Below are positions 34,010 to 43,821 of a stretch of DNA of 64,000 nt, piece by piece. Each line of letters opens with the position of its first letter. Within the stretch, counting starts at the first letter, position 1. A program made the position numbers and the translations under genes. The stretch spans positions 3,200,001 through 3,264,000 of the forward strand of contig CAWKDB010000010.1 in assembly GCA_963848295.1 (NCBI GenBank). Direction: 5' to 3'. Below the pieces are notes generated by a model. It was not told the origin of the DNA, ran no database searches, and worked only from the letters and a program-made list of their open reading frames with translations. Source of the stretch: an uncultured delta proteobacterium. Lineage in GTDB: Bacteria > Myxococcota_A > Polyangia > Haliangiales > Haliangiaceae.

Positions 34010-35905
34010 TCAGCGATCGGTAACGACGACCAGCGGCTCGCCGTAGAGCTCGGTCCATAGCGCGGTGGCGGCGCGGCGGAGGTCGGCATCGCTGGTCTTC
34101 GCGATCACCATCGAGGCGACCGCGAGTCGATCGCGATCGATCTCGCCGTCGTGGATCATCGGACCGGGGAGGGTCGCGCCGAGCTGCTTCGCGAGTCCGG
34201 ACAGCACGACAACCGCAACATATGACTCGGGCGAGCCCCAGCCCGGCTTCGCGAACGCATGCCCGGCGAGGTCCCAGACGACGAGCTGCGGGGTGACCGG
34301 ATCGTTCGCGATCTGAGACAGCCATGCGTTGAGCTCGGCGCGCGCGTGCCGGACCAGCCCGCGCGGGTTGCCGTCGCCGTCGTTGACATCGCCGGTCTCG
34401 GCCTCGAGTGCCGCGGGGTAGCGCAGCGGCGTCTTGCGATCGCCATCGACCCCGTGCTCGGCCTCGTGCCGGCGCACGGTCGCGGCGACGAGCTCGTTGC
34501 AGCGCGATGCGATGCGCGGTGCCTCGAGCTTCGCGAGCTCTTCTTCGATCGCGGTGACACGCTCGCTCTGATAGTGCGGCACGAGCCCCGACAGCTGGCT
34601 GACCATGTTCTCCGGCAAGAACAGATCGTCGGTGTCGACGATCTGCAACCTGCGTCGCGCCAGCGCGTCGCGCCACTGATCGACGATGTCGGTGCGCTCT
34701 CGCAGCAACGCGCCGATCTGAACGGTGACGTCGGCGTCGGCGCCGAGCGCAGCGCGGAGCTCGGTCCGCACGGCCGCGCCCGCGGCCAGTTGCAGCGCTT
34801 GAGTCTCGGCGCTGCCCGTCCAGCCTTGCTCGAGCAGCGGGAACGGCGCGTCCGGCGCGACGACCGGAATCACTTGGGTGGCGACGTGGTGATCGATCTG
34901 TTCGTAGAGCAAGACCGGATCGGCGAGCTCGGATGACTGCATCCCGAGCATCGTGTGCTCGATGTTGAGGTGATCGATCCGGCGCGCGGTCACGACTCGG
35001 CGCGGCAAGCCTGCGGCGATCACGAACGCGACCTGCTCGATCCGATAGACGAACAGCGCGGCCTGTGGATTCTCGCCCCCGTAGACGTCGCCCTCGATCA
35101 GGTAGCCGAGGCCGGCGCCGGCGAGCTCGTCCGACATCCGTCGAGCCGTTGCGATCAGCGTCGCGCCGTGCGCCTGCGCCTGAGCCTCCGTCGGGTGCGC
35201 CGGCCACTGATCGAGTTGGTCGAGCAGCGTGGTCCATGCGGTCGCGAGCGCGGGGCCGTGGGCGCGCAACTCGGGCGCGGCGCGCAGCTCGGTGATGAGC
35301 CGGTGGTGCTCGTTCGCAGAGTCGTCGGCATCTTGGTGATCGACCGCGATGACCAGTCGTGGCAAGGGCTCGGCGAGCAGATGCTCGATCGCGGCGTCGC
35401 GCAGCGGCACGCCGCCGGTCTTGAACGCGCCGACCGAAGGTGGTGGCGCGGGCGCGACATACGTCTTCGCCGCGGGTCCGGGTCGCGTGAAGATGTAAAC
35501 GGCGAAGGCAGCGCACAGCCCGAGCCCGGCGAGCCCGCTCGCGATCGTGGCGATCGGTAGGCGCGACCCAGGTGGCCGTTGTTCGCGGTGATAGGCCGCG
35601 AGTACCGACGACGGATCGCCGGGCGCCACCGCGGGCTCGCCGAGCACGGCGAGCGCGGCGATGCGCTGGACGTGGCGCGCGGCATCGGCGGGATCCCTGG
35701 GCAACGCGTGCCGGTCGACCTCGGAGACCACGAGCGCGGCGTCGATCAACGCGCTCGCGAGCCGGCGGCGGGCGACTCCGCGCAGCACCGGATCGATCCG
35801 GCCGATCGCGGCGCGCGCGACATCCTCGTCTCCGGCGGCAATCCCGGCGGCGAGCGCGGCCAGCACGTGGCGACGGACCATCGCATCTGGTGTCACACGC
35901 CGCAT
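34010..35905 (-). CDS. Membrane-anchored hypothetical protein with HExxH (gluzincin-like metallopeptidase motif)
   Basis: TM segment LAGLGLCAAFAVYIF; RHEAEH followed about 40 aa later by AELNA. Confidence 0.65.
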   Translation of the reverse strand: MRRVTPDAMVRRHVLAALAAGIAAGDEDVARAAIGRIDPVLRGVARRRLASALIDAALVVSEVDRHALPRDPADAARHVQRIAALAVLGEPAVAPGDPSSVLAAYHREQRPPGSRLPIATIASGLAGLGLCAAFAVYIFTRPGPAAKTYVAPAPPPSVGAFKTGGVPLRDAAIEHLLAEPLPRLVIAVDHQDADDSANEHHRLITELRAAPELRAHGPALATAWTTLLDQLDQWPAHPTEAQAQAHGATLIATARRMSDELAGAGLGYLIEGDVYGGENPQAALFVYRIEQVAFVIAAGLPRRVVTARRIDHLNIEHTMLGMQSSELADPVLLYEQIDHHVATQVIPVVAPDAPFPLLEQGWTGSAETQALQLAAGAAVRTELRAALGADADVTVQIGALLRERTDIVDQWRDALARRRLQIVDTDDLFLPENMVSQLSGLVPHYQSERVTAIEEELAKLEAPRIASRCNELVAATVRRHEAEHGVDGDRKTPLRYPAALEAETGDVNDGDGNPRGLVRHARAELNAWLSQIANDPVTPQLVVWDLAGHAFAKPGWGSPESYVAVVVLSGLAKQLGATLPGPMIHDGEIDRDRLAVASMVIAKTSDADLRRAATALWTELYGEPLVVVTDR

Positions 35906-35938
35906 GGGGAGCTGCAAGCGCCGGCGTCACGCCCCTCC

Positions 35939-36030
35939 GGTTGACAGAGTGAACACCGTCCCCAGCTAAGCGACGGAGATATCTGGGGTCCACGCGGTGT
36001 GCTGGTTGACAAGGTGAACACCGTCCCCGG
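35939..36030 (-). repeat. Repeat doublet B (subtype II), inverted relative to A; period 65 bp
   Basis: ggttgacagagtgaacaccgtccccag (35939) and ggttgacaaggtgaacaccgtccccgg (36004). Confidence 0.9.
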
Positions 36031-36082
36031 CGAAAAGTTGCCCCGACACCGCGAAGTGGACTAGCCATTTGATGGGAGACCC

Positions 36083-37006
36083 ATGGACGCAGCCCACGCC
36101 ATCATCGAGCCCGAGCTGTCCGGTCCGGCCGCCCTGCTGCGTGGAACTGCCCGCGGGCTGGAGCTCGTGGTCAATGGCCGCGCCTCGGCCGAAGCGATCG
36201 CGGTCGCACTGACCACCCGCCTCGAGGAGGCGCCCGCGTTCTTCCGCGGCAACGACGTCAAGATCTGCGTCGAAGATGGCCCGCTGGCGCCCGGCTGTCT
36301 CGCCCGGCTCGACGAGCTCGCGACGAAGTTCGCGCTGCGGATCACCGAGGTGGTCGCGACCGCGGTGCCCAAGCCGAACCTGGCGGCCGGCTCGGCGCCG
36401 ACCGAGTCGGAGTTCGGCGACGAAGAGCGCACGAACACCGCGATCGCGGTTATCGGTGCCGACGCGCAACCGACCGAGCTGTCGGCCAGCAATCTCATCC
36501 CCGAATCGACGACGGACATGGAGACATTCACCGCGCTCGCCGCGCTCGCCAACGCGGAGCGCGACCCCGGCTTTGGCTTCGAAGAGCCGACCCAGACCGC
36601 GGTCCCGCTCGCGCTCGCCGCGACGCCCGAGACCGAGCTCAACACCGCGTCGGGCGGCACGCGGCTCGTCGTCGGGCCCGTGCGCTCGGGCGTGATCCTC
36701 GATCACACCGGGCACGTCGTCGTGTTCGGCGACGTCAACCCGGGCGCGGAAGTGCGCGCGACCGGCAACATCATGGTGCTCGGTCGTCTGCGCGGTACCG
36801 CGCACGCCGCGATCGGCCAGGACGTCGGGTTCATCCTCGCGCTCCGGCTCGAGCCGCAACAGCTGCGGATCGGCCGGATGGTCGCGCGCGCCGCGGACAG
36901 CGATACGCCCGCCACGCAGACTGAAATCGCATACGCCAACGGCGACGGCATCGTCGTCGAGCAATACCTCGGCAAGCTCCCGCGCAACCTCGCCACCAGC
37001 CTCTAG
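36083..37006 (+). CDS. minC: Septum site-determining protein MinC (long acidic linker)
   Basis: APAFFRG N-domain; GPVRSG, VVFGDVNPGAEVRATGNIMVLGRLRGTAHA, LEPQQLRIG. Confidence 0.92.
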   Translation: MDAAHAIIEPELSGPAALLRGTARGLELVVNGRASAEAIAVALTTRLEEAPAFFRGNDVKICVEDGPLAPGCLARLDELATKFALRITEVVATAVPKPNLAAGSAPTESEFGDEERTNTAIAVIGADAQPTELSASNLIPESTTDMETFTALAALANAERDPGFGFEEPTQTAVPLALAATPETELNTASGGTRLVVGPVRSGVILDHTGHVVVFGDVNPGAEVRATGNIMVLGRLRGTAHAAIGQDVGFILALRLEPQQLRIGRMVARAADSDTPATQTEIAYANGDGIVVEQYLGKLPRNLATSL

Positions 37007-37018
37007 GAGTTACACATC

Positions 37019-37814
37019 ATGGGTCGAGCCATCGTCATCACGTCGGGCAAAGGAGGGGTCGGAAAGACGACCACTACCGCGAACCTCGGTACCGCGCTCG
37101 CGCAGCTCGGGCACAGCGTCGTGTTGATCGACGCCGACATCGGGCTGCGCAACCTCGACGTCGTGATGGGCCTCGAGAACCGCATCGTCTATCACGTCGT
37201 CGATGCGATCCAAGGCAAGTGCACGGTGCAGAAGGCGCTGATCAAAGATCGCAGGCTCGACAACCTGTGGCTGCTCCCCGCGTCGCAGACCGACGACAAG
37301 GACGCGGTGACGCCCGAGGATATGCGCAGCCTGGTGTTCGAGCTCAAGACCTCGTACGACTTCGTGCTGATCGATTGCCCGGCCGGCATCGAGCAAGGGC
37401 TTCAAGAACGCGATCGCCGGCGCCGACGAAGCGGTCGTGGTCGCGACCCCCGAGGTCTCGTCGATTCGCGATGCCGATCGCGTGGTCGGCTTGCTCGCCG
37501 CCGCCGACGTTCCCGCGCGGCTCGTCGTCAACCGGATCTCGGCGCACCTGGTCAAGCGCGGCGATATGCTGTCGCAAGCCGACGTCATCGAGATCCTCGC
37601 GCTCGAGATGCTCGGTGCGATCCCGCTCGACGACGAGGTGATCGCGACGACGAACAAGGGCGTGCCGGCGGTGCTCGAAGGCAAGTCGCTCGCGGCGAAG
37701 GAATTCATTCGCATCGCGAAGGCGCTCGCCGGGCACGAGGTCGAGGACAAGGCACCGGTTGGGTTCTTCACTCGTATCGGCCGCGCGCTCGGCCTGTCGG
37801 CGACCCCGGCGTGA
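37019..37814 (+). CDS. minD: Septum site-determining ATPase MinD, frameshift near 37398
   Basis: SGKGGVGKTT, DIGLRNLD, DCPAGIEQG; continues FKNAIAG...TPEVSSIRDADR...GFFTRIGRALG in another frame (extra G in caagggc). Confidence 0.92.
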
Positions 37815-37825
37815 GGACGTTTTTG

Positions 37826-38074
37826 ATGTGGCTCAAGAGTATTTTCGGCGCACGTCCCAGCAGCGAGGTCGCGAAGGGTCGCCTGCACCTCGTGCTCGCG
37901 CATGATCGTACCGGGCTCGACGGCGGGCGGTTGCAAGAGATGCGCAACGAGATCGCCGCGGTGATCGCGCGCTACGTGCCGATCGACGCGTCCGCGGTCG
38001 AGATCCAGATCGAGACCCGCAATCGCGCGACTCAGCTCACCGTGACGAGCGCGGTCCAACCCCGCAACGCCTGA
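37826..38074 (+). CDS. minE: Cell-division topological specificity factor MinE
   Basis: SSEVAKGRLHLVLAHDR...MRNEIAAVIARYV. Confidence 0.92.
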   Translation: MWLKSIFGARPSSEVAKGRLHLVLAHDRTGLDGGRLQEMRNEIAAVIARYVPIDASAVEIQIETRNRATQLTVTSAVQPRNA

Positions 38075-38082
38075 TCTGGGCG

Positions 38083-38129
38083 CGGCTCCGCCGTCACGGT
38101 CCTCGCCACGTCCAGGACCGTCGGAGCCG
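38083..38129. terminator. Stem-loop between convergent minE and RCC1 genes
   Basis: cggctccg...acggtcct / aggaccgt-cggagccg. Confidence 0.45.
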
Positions 38130-38145
38130 GATCGTCATGTCCTGG

Positions 38146-40113
38146 TCACTGCGGATCCGGATCGGCGACGCGCACCGCGGCGCTCGCTGGAACGTCATCG
38201 CGGATGTTCTCGAAGAAGTGGCCCCAACACGCGGCATGGCCGTTGCGGAGCCGCGCGCACGCTCGTTCGCCAGAGGCGCGGAGCTCGACGACGTCTCTGA
38301 GCTTCAACCGCACCGGCGTGGCGTGATCGCGCCCGCTCCCATCGCCGAGCGCGCCGGCGGTGTTTGCCCCCCAGCACCACGCCTCCCCGGTTTGCGTCCG
38401 AGCGCACGCAAACGCATCACCCGCGGTGAGCTCGACGACACGCGCCAGGCCGCGGACCGCGACAGGCGTCGCGCGCGCGGTGTGAGTGCCATCACCGAGC
38501 TGGCCGACCGCGTTCGCGCCCCAGCATGCGACCGTTGCATCCGCGAGCAGCGCACACGCGAAATCCTGACCAGCGACGACCGCGGTCGCGGGAGTGAGCG
38601 TGCGCACCGGAACGACCGCGAGGCTGCCGGCCTTCGTCGTCGTCGCCGCCGGATCGAGGCAGGCGACGCCGCCTTGCAAGTCGACGAAGCAGCGGGAGCT
38701 GATCGCGCGTGCCTTCCCGGCGACGCTGTACGCGGTCGTCGAGCGCATGTCGACGCCGTAGACACATCGCACGGCACCGGTGCCGAGCAAGACGCACGGA
38801 TCAGCGAGCGCGACGGCGCCGGCGACGTCGAGCAATCCCGCGACGCGCGCGGGCTTATCGAGCCGCTCGAATTGGCAGTTGTCCGGGCTGTCCCACCGGC
38901 ACGGTTCCCAGCTGACCGTGCCCCAACACGCCACCGCACCGCCACCGTCGACCGCGCAGGCGAACTCACGGCCCGAGACGATGTGGCTGGCCGGCGCGAG
39001 CGGCGCGATGTGCCGTGGCGCCTCGCCGGGCGCGGCCCAGCACGCGACGCTGCGATCGGCGCGGCGTGCGCACGTCTCGTCGTGCTCGACCGCGAGCTCG
39101 ACCGCGTCGCCGAGCCCGCGCGCTTCGATCGGCGTCGGCTGGGCACCATTCGGATCGTGCCGCCCGAGTGCGCCGTAGCTGTCGCCCCAGCATACGACCT
39201 CGCCGTTCGCACGCGCGCTGCACGACGTGCCTTGCGCCAAGGCTAGCGCGCCGACCCCACGGAGCTCGGGCGCTGGGCGGAACGGCTGCCACGAGTAGAG
39301 TCTGGTACCACCGCAGCTCGCGTCGCCGTTCGCGCGCGCGAAGCACAACGTCGAAATGCTGACCTCGAGATCGACGGCGCCGGCCACGCCGGCAACAGGA
39401 AACACTTCGAGGGTCGGTACGCCGGCCGAAAGCTCGAAGCCGATCACCGAGCCGTCGGGTAGGATCGCGTAGGCAGTTTCCGATGCCGCTGCGATCTGCT
39501 TGGCGCCTCGCGCAGCGACGAGCTCGAGCGGCGCGAGCTCCGGCTGGCTCGTCCGGAACATCATGCATGGGACGCGGCCGTCTTCGCCGATCGTGCAGAT
39601 GAAGTCGTCCCCCGCGACGATCCGCCGGGCGCGCTCGAGGCCTGCGATCGGTCGCGGGTCGTGGCCGCTGTCGCGCGTGGTTCGCCAGCACCACACGGTG
39701 CCGTTGCTACGTCGGACACACGCCTCGGACGCCGTGAGCGCGAGCTCGGCCGCGTCGGTGATCCCGGTGATGGCGTGCGGCGCCTGGTCGGCCGGATCGC
39801 CCGAGCCCCAGCACCATACGCGATGAGTGGCGACGATCGCGCAACTCGTCGTATCGCTCGCCCCGATCGCGACCGCGTCGGTGACCCCGGGGACGATGAT
39901 CGGGATAGGATGCGCTGTGAGAGTCGGATCGCCGACCTCGCCGGCCAGGTTCCGGCCCCAGCACATCACGCTGCGATCACCGCGGATCGCGCACATGTGA
40001 TCGTTACCGCTGACGAGCACATCGCGCCGCCACACGGTATGGGGCAGCCGTGTCGCCGGATCGGCGGCGGCGTACGAGCTCCACGCGATCGCGAGCGCGA
40101 TGACGAGCCGCAC
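38146..40113 (-). CDS. Secreted RCC1-repeat beta-propeller protein
   Basis: Repeated C-A-x-x-x-x-G-x-V-x-C-W-G and N-x-x-G-x-L-G-D-G motifs; signal peptide. Confidence 0.88.
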   Translation of the reverse strand: MRLVIALAIAWSSYAAADPATRLPHTVWRRDVLVSGNDHMCAIRGDRSVMCWGRNLAGEVGDPTLTAHPIPIIVPGVTDAVAIGASDTTSCAIVATHRVWCWGSGDPADQAPHAITGITDAAELALTASEACVRRSNGTVWCWRTTRDSGHDPRPIAGLERARRIVAGDDFICTIGEDGRVPCMMFRTSQPELAPLELVAARGAKQIAAASETAYAILPDGSVIGFELSAGVPTLEVFPVAGVAGAVDLEVSISTLCFARANGDASCGGTRLYSWQPFRPAPELRGVGALALAQGTSCSARANGEVVCWGDSYGALGRHDPNGAQPTPIEARGLGDAVELAVEHDETCARRADRSVACWAAPGEAPRHIAPLAPASHIVSGREFACAVDGGGAVACWGTVSWEPCRWDSPDNCQFERLDKPARVAGLLDVAGAVALADPCVLLGTGAVRCVYGVDMRSTTAYSVAGKARAISSRCFVDLQGGVACLDPAATTTKAGSLAVVPVRTLTPATAVVAGQDFACALLADATVACWGANAVGQLGDGTHTARATPVAVRGLARVVELTAGDAFACARTQTGEAWCWGANTAGALGDGSGRDHATPVRLKLRDVVELRASGERACARLRNGHAACWGHFFENIRDDVPASAAVRVADPDPQ

Positions 40114-40139
40114 TGAACGACTGTGGATCGACCGTGACG

Positions 40140-41051
40140 TCACCGCCAACGGCCGCCGATCCAGACGTAGCCACCGGCGCGCACTTGCCAGCTACCGCCC
40201 ATCCAGATCGCGTTAGGCGCGGGAGGTGCGCCCGGTCGCTCGACGCGCGGTGCGGGCATCGCGATCGCCTCGTCGCGCCAGAACCCGGTGCTCCAGGCCC
40301 AATCGTTGCCGGTCCATGTCCAGTAACCCGGCACCCAAGCGGCCCGTGCATTCGGCGCCGGCGGTTGTTGCTCGGCGAGCGGCGCTGGCGGCGGCGGGTG
40401 ATCCGGTGATGTCGGCACGTACGCCTCGCCCTTGTCGGGTTTGCGGTCGCGCTGCTCTCTCGCGTATTGCGCTTTGGTCTTCGCCGATGTCAGCTCGCGG
40501 ACCAGGAACACGACGCGTCGATAATCGTTCGGCGCATCCGACCACAGGCGCACGCGGATCCGGACCGAGCCGGGCTCGTCGGGACGCATCAGCATCGTTT
40601 CACCGACCACATCCTGCGCCTGCAGGCCGAGGTGCTCGCACAGCTTGTCGGTCCACGAGTCCTCACCGCCGGTCCACCGCTGCTCGATCAGCTGCGGTGC
40701 GGTGGTCGCCGAGGTGCCGGGCGCTGCGCCGGTAGCCGAGCGCGCACCGCCCGAACCGGTCGCGGTCGTGGTGCTAGGTCCGCCGCCGACGCAGCTCGCG
40801 TTGTCCGCGCCGTCTCCGAACGTACGGCCCGGCAACTTCAGGGCGCCGATCTGGATGTCGGCGTGACCGGCGATGCGATGCGGCGTACACGCGACGATCT
40901 CGACGCCATCACCGGCGCTCGCACCATCGCTGTCCCAGCTCAGCTCGAACGGCCCTTGGCTACAGCCGATCGGCGAGACGAACGCGCGCGTATGACGGTT
41001 GACGTCCGAGCCGCAGGCCGCGACGAGCGCGAGCGCGAGCGCGAGCCTCAT
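40140..41051 (-). CDS. Lipoprotein with C-terminal YXWGXW repeats
   Basis: Lipobox LVAAC; WVPGYWTW, WSTGFW, WMGGSW, WIGGRW. Confidence 0.8.
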   Translation of the reverse strand: MRLALALALVAACGSDVNRHTRAFVSPIGCSQGPFELSWDSDGASAGDGVEIVACTPHRIAGHADIQIGALKLPGRTFGDGADNASCVGGGPSTTTATGSGGARSATGAAPGTSATTAPQLIEQRWTGGEDSWTDKLCEHLGLQAQDVVGETMLMRPDEPGSVRIRVRLWSDAPNDYRRVVFLVRELTSAKTKAQYAREQRDRKPDKGEAYVPTSPDHPPPPAPLAEQQPPAPNARAAWVPGYWTWTGNDWAWSTGFWRDEAIAMPAPRVERPGAPPAPNAIWMGGSWQVRAGGYVWIGGRWR

Positions 41052-41093
41052 GCCGATCCGGACGGCGCTCGTCCGGCTCAGTCGCACGCCGGG

Positions 41094-42038
41094 CTACAGC
41101 TTGTAGCGATTCACCGTGCCGGCGATCGAGTTGGACCAGTAGAGATAGCCGTCCGCGATGACCAACCCGGTCTCGATCGGCTGGCCGGCGACGAGCACCG
41201 CCGGCGTGCCGCCGGTCTTGGCCATCGTCATGATCGCGTTCGTGCCGAAGTCGTACCAGTAGACGTTGGTCGCATCGACCGCGATGTCCTTCGCGAGGCT
41301 CTGACCCGACGCGAGCATCACCGGTGCGGTGTTGCCGTTCTTCGGCACCGAGTAGACCGTGCCGTCCATGTTGTCGGTCCAGTACACGGTCGTGTCGTCG
41401 AGCGCGATGCCCCACGGCTTGTGCAGCCCGGACACGAGCGGCGTCGCTCCGGGCGTGTCGAGCGCCGCCCACGAGATCGTGCCGCCCGGTTGATCGGTGT
41501 AGTAGACGTTCGTGGCGTCGATCGCGAGCGCGAACGGGCCGTCGCCCATCGCGAGCGTCAGCGCGGCACCGGGCGCGGTCGGCAAGCTCGTCACCGTGCC
41601 GGCGCCGGGATCGGTGATGTAGACGTTGTTCGAGTCGGACACGATGTTCCATGGCAAGAACGAGTTGGCGAGCTTCTGCTTGTCACCGCCGGCGATCGGC
41701 ACATACATCACCGTGCTGTCGCCGGAGTTCGTCCAGTACACGTTGCCGCCGACCGCGGTGACTCCGTACGGTGACGACAACCCGGTCGCGAGCGGCGTCG
41801 CGGCACCGCCGTCGCGCGGCGCCTTGCTCACGGTGTGGGCGTCGAGATCGAGGAAGTAGACATTGGTCGCATCGACCGCGAGATCGGCAGGGTGCATGAG
41901 CCCGGTCACGATCGCGACCGCTCCCGGGGGTGCATCCGGCGCCACATAGGAATCGACGGTTGGCGCGTCGGGCGTGTCCTGCGTGGTGTGCGTCGAACAG
42001 GCGGCGAGCAAGAGCGCGACGACTCCAGTGCGAATCAT
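41094..42038 (-). CDS. Beta-propeller lipoprotein (YWT-type repeats)
   Basis: Lipobox LLAAC; repeated AVDATNVYW / VYWT blades. Confidence 0.82.
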   Translation of the reverse strand: MIRTGVVALLLAACSTHTTQDTPDAPTVDSYVAPDAPPGAVAIVTGLMHPADLAVDATNVYFLDLDAHTVSKAPRDGGAATPLATGLSSPYGVTAVGGNVYWTNSGDSTVMYVPIAGGDKQKLANSFLPWNIVSDSNNVYITDPGAGTVTSLPTAPGAALTLAMGDGPFALAIDATNVYYTDQPGGTISWAALDTPGATPLVSGLHKPWGIALDDTTVYWTDNMDGTVYSVPKNGNTAPVMLASGQSLAKDIAVDATNVYWYDFGTNAIMTMAKTGGTPAVLVAGQPIETGLVIADGYLYWSNSIAGTVNRYKL

Positions 42039-42166
42039 GGCGCGCAAGATAGCAACAGACATACCAGCGCGGGTCAGAAATCGCCGGCCGTGCCGAGGGC
42101 GGCTACCTCAACAAACTGAGCTTCACCGGCGAGCGGACCTCTGTTTACTACCGGCTCCCGAGCCCG

Positions 42167-42629
42167 CTACGGGGAGACCGGAAAGCGCGTTACGAGATCG
42201 CCGATCGCCGCGTCGGCGGCGGTCAAGGCCGGGGTGTCGCCCCGATTGCCGACCGACATGAAGATGCGATCGATCGCCGGCGCGATCCACACGTCGGCGA
42301 CGTTCAACGTGTTCGAGCCGACGTGAGCGAGCGTGAGGCCGCCCGCCCACGACCGCGAGGTCACGATCCAGCCGTCCTCGAGCGTCGCGAGGGTGGGATC
42401 GCCGAGCTTGCGCACCCCGGTCACGCCTTCGCCGAGGATCGCGTGATCGTCAGCGGACGAGCGCGGCAAGCGCGGGCATGCCGTACTGCGCGGCGATCGG
42501 CGCGAGATCAGCCGACAAGTCGACGCCGCTCGCATCGGCAGCGACGTCCGGTGCGGGCGCGCTGTCACTGACCGCATGCGCGCCGTTGCCGCATGCGGCG
42601 ACCGCGAGCAACCAAGAAGTGTGCTTCAC
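42167..42629 (-). pseudogene. Beta-lactamase-family serine hydrolase lipoprotein with a frameshift and a large internal deletion
   Basis: Lipobox VAAC; GMPALAAL / GVTGVRKLG N-terminal motifs joined directly to GW...HVGSNT...VWIAP C-terminal motifs; no SxxK. Confidence 0.7.
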
Positions 42630-42638
42630 AGCTCGACC

Positions 42639-43742
42639 TCACTTCGCCGTGATCGATACCGGCCAATAGCGAAAGCCGCCCGCGCCGTTCGCGCCGAGCT
42701 CTGATTCGACGTATACGAACGACGTCGCGCCCGACGTCGCGTTCGCGGGTACGCCGACCTCGAGCGTGGTCGCGCTGTCGTTGTTGAGCGTACGCTCGGC
42801 TAAAGAGACCGACGCGGTAAACCCCGGGTAGCCCGGATATGCCGTTGCCAGCAGCTGCCAGTCGCTCATCGGCGCGGTCGACCAACCGCGGATGTCGAGC
42901 GAGATGGTGGATCCGGCTGCCACGGTCGCGGTCGAAGGCGTCGCCGATGCGTCGAAGAAGGTACCGGCTGCAGCTGGTGCGCAGGGATCGCCGCCGGCCG
43001 CCGCTTGAGCGTTCGACCACACGGTCGGAACCACGTAGCCACCTTCCTCGTGCGGTAGATCGCACAGATCGGCGACCTCACCTTGCCACGCGCCGCTCAC
43101 GAACTGAAACGCCGGTGCGGTTAGCGGATCGGGATCGGTCGCCGCTTCGATCAGCTCGTGGCCCGCGCCGAGCTCGATGTTGGCGATCGACTCGGCCGAG
43201 CACGATGGAATCACCGCATAGCGAAACCCATTTGCGCTGGAGTGATAGGCCTGGCTGTTCATGTTGTCGAACCCGGAGCACGGGATAGCGAGATCGACGG
43301 TGGTCTGCGGCGGATAATAGATCATGAACAACGACTCGGGATTCGCCGAGAGCGTCGCATCGCCGAGCTTGCTCGTGATGAATGCTTGGATGTCGGCATC
43401 TGTCACTTCGACCGGCGCGTTGTCCGTCAGATCAACGGCGACGTGGCTGCCACCGAGCACGGCGTACTGCGTCCCCACGGTCGACCACCACTGCGACTGG
43501 ACGACCCAATCAGAGAACGCGTCGAGCGTAGGCCGATGCGGATCGTCGGCGAAACTCAGCGTGATGAGCTGCACGTGATCGAGGATCGCACCCCCGTTGT
43601 TCGGCATCTGCGGGATCGGTTCGTGAGGACCCGGCTGAAATCCGTTCGGTGCATCCGAGCTCTCGAATGCATCCGGCGCCGCCGCGGAGTGGCTTGCACA
43701 GCCGGCGAATACGACATACGCAAATACGCGGCGCATTGTCAT
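42639..43742 (-). CDS. Hypothetical lipoprotein with HELIEAATDP (HExxE) and GEVADLC motifs
   Basis: Lipobox FAGC; metal-binding-like motif; beta-rich C-terminus. Confidence 0.7.
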   Translation of the reverse strand: MTMRRVFAYVVFAGCASHSAAAPDAFESSDAPNGFQPGPHEPIPQMPNNGGAILDHVQLITLSFADDPHRPTLDAFSDWVVQSQWWSTVGTQYAVLGGSHVAVDLTDNAPVEVTDADIQAFITSKLGDATLSANPESLFMIYYPPQTTVDLAIPCSGFDNMNSQAYHSSANGFRYAVIPSCSAESIANIELGAGHELIEAATDPDPLTAPAFQFVSGAWQGEVADLCDLPHEEGGYVVPTVWSNAQAAAGGDPCAPAAAGTFFDASATPSTATVAAGSTISLDIRGWSTAPMSDWQLLATAYPGYPGFTASVSLAERTLNNDSATTLEVGVPANATSGATSFVYVESELGANGAGGFRYWPVSITAK

Positions 43743-43821
43743 TTCTGTACCACCCGCAATCGCGATCCCCGTCGACTCCTCTTGTAACAACCCCGCGCGC
43801 TCGCAACGTCGTTAAGGACCC

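Noticed and set aside
37019..38074. 351-aa MinD-MinE fusion ORF
   Set aside because: The middle third is out-of-frame Arg-rich sequence; a single extra base explains it as separate minD and minE
42063..42166. Possible structured RNA (tcgccgg/ccggcga arms with inner hairpins)
   Set aside because: Short GC stems are expected by chance at this composition, and no family motif was recognised
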